From the NCBI GenBank assembly GCA_039794885.1, contig JAUQVI010000001.1, positions 1 to 41,270 on the forward strand: 41,270 nt of DNA. Reading direction: 5' to 3'. The number at the start of each line of letters is the position of its first letter. Position 1 is the first letter of the stretch. The notes below the pieces were generated by a model, which was not told where the DNA came from, did not search any database, and worked only from the letters and a program-made list of their open reading frames with translations. Position numbers and translations under genes: made by a program. The stretch comes from Thermostichus sp. DG02_5_bins_236. GTDB lineage: Bacteria > Cyanobacteriota > Cyanobacteriia > Thermostichales > Thermostichaceae. This document shows, piece after piece, positions 38,450-41,270 of the stretch.

Positions 38450-40468
38450 TTACAGGATAGTGCTGCGAACTGCTGCTGGGATCCCCTCAATCGGGCTGTA
38501 GAGTTGAAAACCATTGCGGCCATTTTCCTTGACCCGGTAAAGGGCCAAATCGGCGTGATGGAGTAGAGTACGTACCTCCACCCCATCCTGCGGATAGAGA
38601 GCAATGCCAATACTGCAGGTAACGGCAATGGTATGGCCTTGGCAGGAGAACGGATCCTGAAAGGCATCGAGAATACGTTGGGCCAAACGCATGGACACCA
38701 CGGGGTTACCAATTTGGGGCAGCAACAGGGTAAACTCATCTCCTCCCCAGCGGGCCACCGTATCTCCTGAGCGAACACATTCCGTTAGACGCTGTGCGAC
38801 CCCCCGCAACAAAGCATCTCCCACGCCATGGCCGAGGGTATCGTTGATGTCTTTGAAATGATCCAAATCCACAAAAAGGAGAGCCAGCATTTCATTGCGG
38901 TACTGCTTCAGAGCTTGCTGTAGTTGATCACTGAAGTATTCTCGGTTCACCAAACTCGTGAGGGCATCATGATGAGCGCGAAACTCAATGTGAGCGAGGT
39001 TTTGCTTTTGGGCGGTGATGTCTTCCGAGATACCTTCGTAACCGAGGATATTCCCTTCGCTATCTTTCACCAAACGGGCATTTTCCCGCACCCAGATGAT
39101 CGATCCATCCCGCCGCCGAATCTGATATTCAAAGCCACGCACGGATCCCTGTTTGTGCAATAGGCGGACAAATTCTTCTCGTTGACCGGGATCCACATAA
39201 AGCTGAGTGCCGACGTTGTTGACTTCTTGCATCAATGCTTCCGGGGAGTCGTAGCCACAGATTTGGGCCAGCATCGGGTTAGCGGAAAGATAGCGTCCTG
39301 CTGCATCAGTAAAAAAGATTCCTTCGACAGCATTCTCAAAAAAGTTGCGATAACGTTCTTCTGCTCGGCGGAGAGCTTCTTCCATCTGTCGACGTTCTGA
39401 GATTTCTAAGGCTAGCGATACCAGATCCGCCAGGGATCCAGCAAAATTTTGGTCTTCCAACGTCCAGCGGCGGGGAAACCCGACACGAGCATGACAGAGA
39501 ATGCCCACCATCTGCCCTTCCAGTCGAATCGGGGCATCCAGCATTGAGACAACCCCGATCCCGGTCAGGTAAGAATTGCGAAACTCGACCGTGCGGGGAT
39601 CCTTAGCCACTTGGTCGGCGGCAATGGTGCGTTCCTGTTCCAAGGCATGAAAATAGCGGGGATAGTCTTTGGCCCAGATCTCTGCCCCCTGGGTATGGGA
39701 TCCCTCAGGGTTGTCGGGGCTGATCTCAAATTGATTGACACAGCGAATGCTCGAGCGCTCTGGCGTGTAAAGCCAAACCCCCACCCGTTCTACCCGCAAC
39801 GTATGGGCAGCAGTGGTACAAATCTCCCGCAAAGCCGCCTGTAGATCCCCTTGGTTGAGGGCCTTGTGACGGGTGAGGGCCATCAGAGCACGATTTTGCT
39901 CCAATAACCGCTCTTGGCTTCGTTGTAATGTCCATTCCACCTGTTTACGCGCTGTGATGTCCTGGCAGGAGCCAACAATTTGGCGAATTGGTTTTTCCCC
40001 CTCTAGAACGGGTGAGAGGGTGACAATCAAAATGTGGGTTTGTTCTTGGTCTGGGGTGGCACTGGCGGGATCCACTAAGCTCAGTTCAAAGCTGACCCGC
40101 CGGCGGTGTTTGACACAGTGTTGGGTATGCAATTGAATTTGCGCTGCTGTGGAAGCGGTTAGACAAGACAGTAAGTTCTCCCCCTCAATCGGCCTAGGGT
40201 GAAGAAAAAACATCCTCCGAAAGGTGGGGTTGCAGACAAGAAACCGGTAGCGCGGCTGGGATGTGCTCTGACTTTCTCCTTCTGGCAGGCACTCCAGAAT
40301 AAATAGTCCATCACTAACACTTTCAAACAGAGTGCGTAGCATGGCTTTGCCCTGCTCCTGCATCGGACGGCCCCGATACATCACCTGTGGGTTCCACAGC
40401 TCGCTGCGTGCCAGCGTGTCGTAGACACTGGGATCCTCACCAGGCCAGGTATTGGAAGTTTCAACCAT
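38450..40468 (-). CDS. Diguanylate cyclase, PAS-GAF-PAS-GGDEF
   Basis: HDALTSL.NR, DLDHFKDINDTLGH, RSGD I-site, intact GGDEF, no EAL domain. PAS/PAC ends QDIT and EDIT. Exact start uncertain. Confidence 0.92.
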   Translation of the reverse strand: MVETSNTWPGEDPSVYDTLARSELWNPQVMYRGRPMQEQGKAMLRTLFESVSDGLFILECLPEGESQSTSQPRYRFLVCNPTFRRMFFLHPRPIEGENLLSCLTASTAAQIQLHTQHCVKHRRRVSFELSLVDPASATPDQEQTHILIVTLSPVLEGEKPIRQIVGSCQDITARKQVEWTLQRSQERLLEQNRALMALTRHKALNQGDLQAALREICTTAAHTLRVERVGVWLYTPERSSIRCVNQFEISPDNPEGSHTQGAEIWAKDYPRYFHALEQERTIAADQVAKDPRTVEFRNSYLTGIGVVSMLDAPIRLEGQMVGILCHARVGFPRRWTLEDQNFAGSLADLVSLALEISERRQMEEALRRAEERYRNFFENAVEGIFFTDAAGRYLSANPMLAQICGYDSPEALMQEVNNVGTQLYVDPGQREEFVRLLHKQGSVRGFEYQIRRRDGSIIWVRENARLVKDSEGNILGYEGISEDITAQKQNLAHIEFRAHHDALTSLVNREYFSDQLQQALKQYRNEMLALLFVDLDHFKDINDTLGHGVGDALLRGVAQRLTECVRSGDTVARWGGDEFTLLLPQIGNPVVSMRLAQRILDAFQDPFSCQGHTIAVTCSIGIALYPQDGVEVRTLLHHADLALYRVKENGRNGFQLYSPIEGIPAAVRSTIL

Positions 40469-40532
40469 GGGCCAGAAACACCTGCTACCCACCTCGTCAA
40501 GTCTGAGAGAAAATAACTTGCAGCGGCATGAC

Positions 40533-40546
40533 GTAGCACAGACTAC
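40533..40546. promoter_or_regulatory. Candidate NtcA-type box GTA-N8-TAC
   Basis: GTAGCACAGACTAC, extendable to CGTAG-N6-CTACG, in the divergent gap between the cyclase and the Rrf2 gene. Confidence 0.4.
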
Positions 40547-40741
40547 GATACAAACTTATTTTCTAAGCTTGTTTTGTCAAAGTGTGTATTGGCTGGCACC
40601 AAAACCTACAAACTTCCTGCAGGTTCCGAGTCAGGGTTTGTTGTTTCGCTCTCCATCTTCTGTTGGGGGCCTCTCTCCCTGTGGCAGGATCGTGAAATCA
40701 ACCCGTTTGCGTTAGCGGGACGTAGTTGCAGAGGGATCCCG

Positions 40742-41221
40742 GTGCGCTTGACTACACGGGCCACCTACAGCATCAGAGCGCTGCTGGATCTGGCCATGCT
40801 TGGCTCAGGGCAAACAGCTTCCGTGCGGGCCATTGCCGAGCGACAAGGGATCCCCGCCCCCTATCTGGAAAAGCTGCTGATTGAGTTACGGCAGGCCGGT
40901 CTGGTACGTTCACAACGGGGGGCACAAGGGGGCTATCAACTGGCACGGGCGCCACGGCGGATCCCGGTGAGTGCCATTTTGACGGCGGTGGGAGAATCCC
41001 TGCATCCCTTGGTTGCAGACCCTCCCCAGGTCAAGTCCTCGGATCCTGATCCTTCTGCAGACAAGGCTTTAGAACGGCTGGACTGGGTGACTGCAGCCTT
41101 GTGGGCCCGCATTGCCCGGCGGGTTCAACAGGTTTTGGAGGAGACCACCCTAGAAGATCTGTACTTTGATGCCCGCAGTTGGCAGGCAGCCCAAGAGCAG
41201 GAGAGTGGATTTGTGGTCTGA
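40742..41221 (+). CDS. Rrf2-family transcriptional regulator without Fe-S cysteines
   Basis: LTTRATYSIRALLDLA, IAERQGIP..YLEKLL, VRSQRGAQGGY. GTG start at 40742; no Cys in the product. Confidence 0.9.
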   Translation: MRLTTRATYSIRALLDLAMLGSGQTASVRAIAERQGIPAPYLEKLLIELRQAGLVRSQRGAQGGYQLARAPRRIPVSAILTAVGESLHPLVADPPQVKSSDPDPSADKALERLDWVTAALWARIARRVQQVLEETTLEDLYFDARSWQAAQEQESGFVV

Positions 41222-41270
41222 ATGGTTTTTCCCGGCCCAAGAAACTGCCCTGCTTGTCCTGGTGGCCGCC

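Larger units (their letters stand above)
363..40854. repeat. Highly iterated palindrome GGGATCCC (lineage-specific HIP), dispersed
   Basis: About 30 exact copies by manual count, e.g. at 363, 14781, 20347, 21257, 31510, 40733 and 40847, plus many 7/8 variants. Confidence 0.85.

Noticed and set aside
39400-39860. GAF domain of the cyclase as a cyanobacteriochrome (contains LCH)
   Set aside because: The CH lies in the last beta-strand (VGILCH), not the bilin-binding helix, and no DXCF/Asp motif is visible.
40628-40645. In-frame ESGFVV upstream of rrf2, identical to its last six residues (41201-41218)
   Set aside because: Most codons differ, flanks show no similarity and no stop follows. Treated as coincidence rather than a duplication relic.
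1-41270. CRISPR arrays, tRNA/rRNA genes, transposases, integrases, phage or defence genes
   Set aside because: None seen. The GGGATCCC copies are irregularly spaced and mostly within coding sequence.

Overview
Cyanobacterial chromosomal segment. Calvin-cycle gap2, a HepC-type sugar transferase and about 30 copies of the octamer GGGATCCC (manual count) point to the hot-spring Thermostichus / Synechococcus OS-A/OS-B' lineage; this is an inference. Left arm (1-7.6 kb): cysT/cysW, a RibB fusion with a degenerate GTP cyclohydrolase II domain, an orphan ABC-2 permease, a ureidopropionase-like nitrilase, a small Sm/Hfq-like ORF, a candidate 165-bp TA-flanked MITE, an orphan TauB-type ATPase, a cNMP-binding protein and gap2. 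Centre (7.5-30.9 kb): a ~23-kb divergently transcribed Wzx/Wzy-type exopolysaccharide locus. Its minus arm is PqqD/RRE protein, hepC, small ORF, ugd, wza and galE. Its plus arm is a WecB/TagA glycosyltransferase fused to an MshEN-like c-di-GMP module, GT4, kinase-degenerate Wzc, Wzy, a lipoprotein glycoside hydrolase, GT2/GT4s, Wzx, an MBOAT plus SGNH-like acylation pair and an FkbM methyltransferase. The distal part of this arm is AT-rich and lacks the octamer. Right arm: treY, a hypothetical protein, M48 peptidase, PfkB kinase, MsbA-like exporter, a PAS-GAF-PAS-GGDEF cyclase and a Cys-less Rrf2 regulator. The best candidate for an undescribed system is the EPS locus. It combines a stand-alone RiPP-recognition element, a glycosyltransferase with a putative c-di-GMP receptor and a dead Wzc kinase. 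All family calls come from motif reading; no database searches were run.
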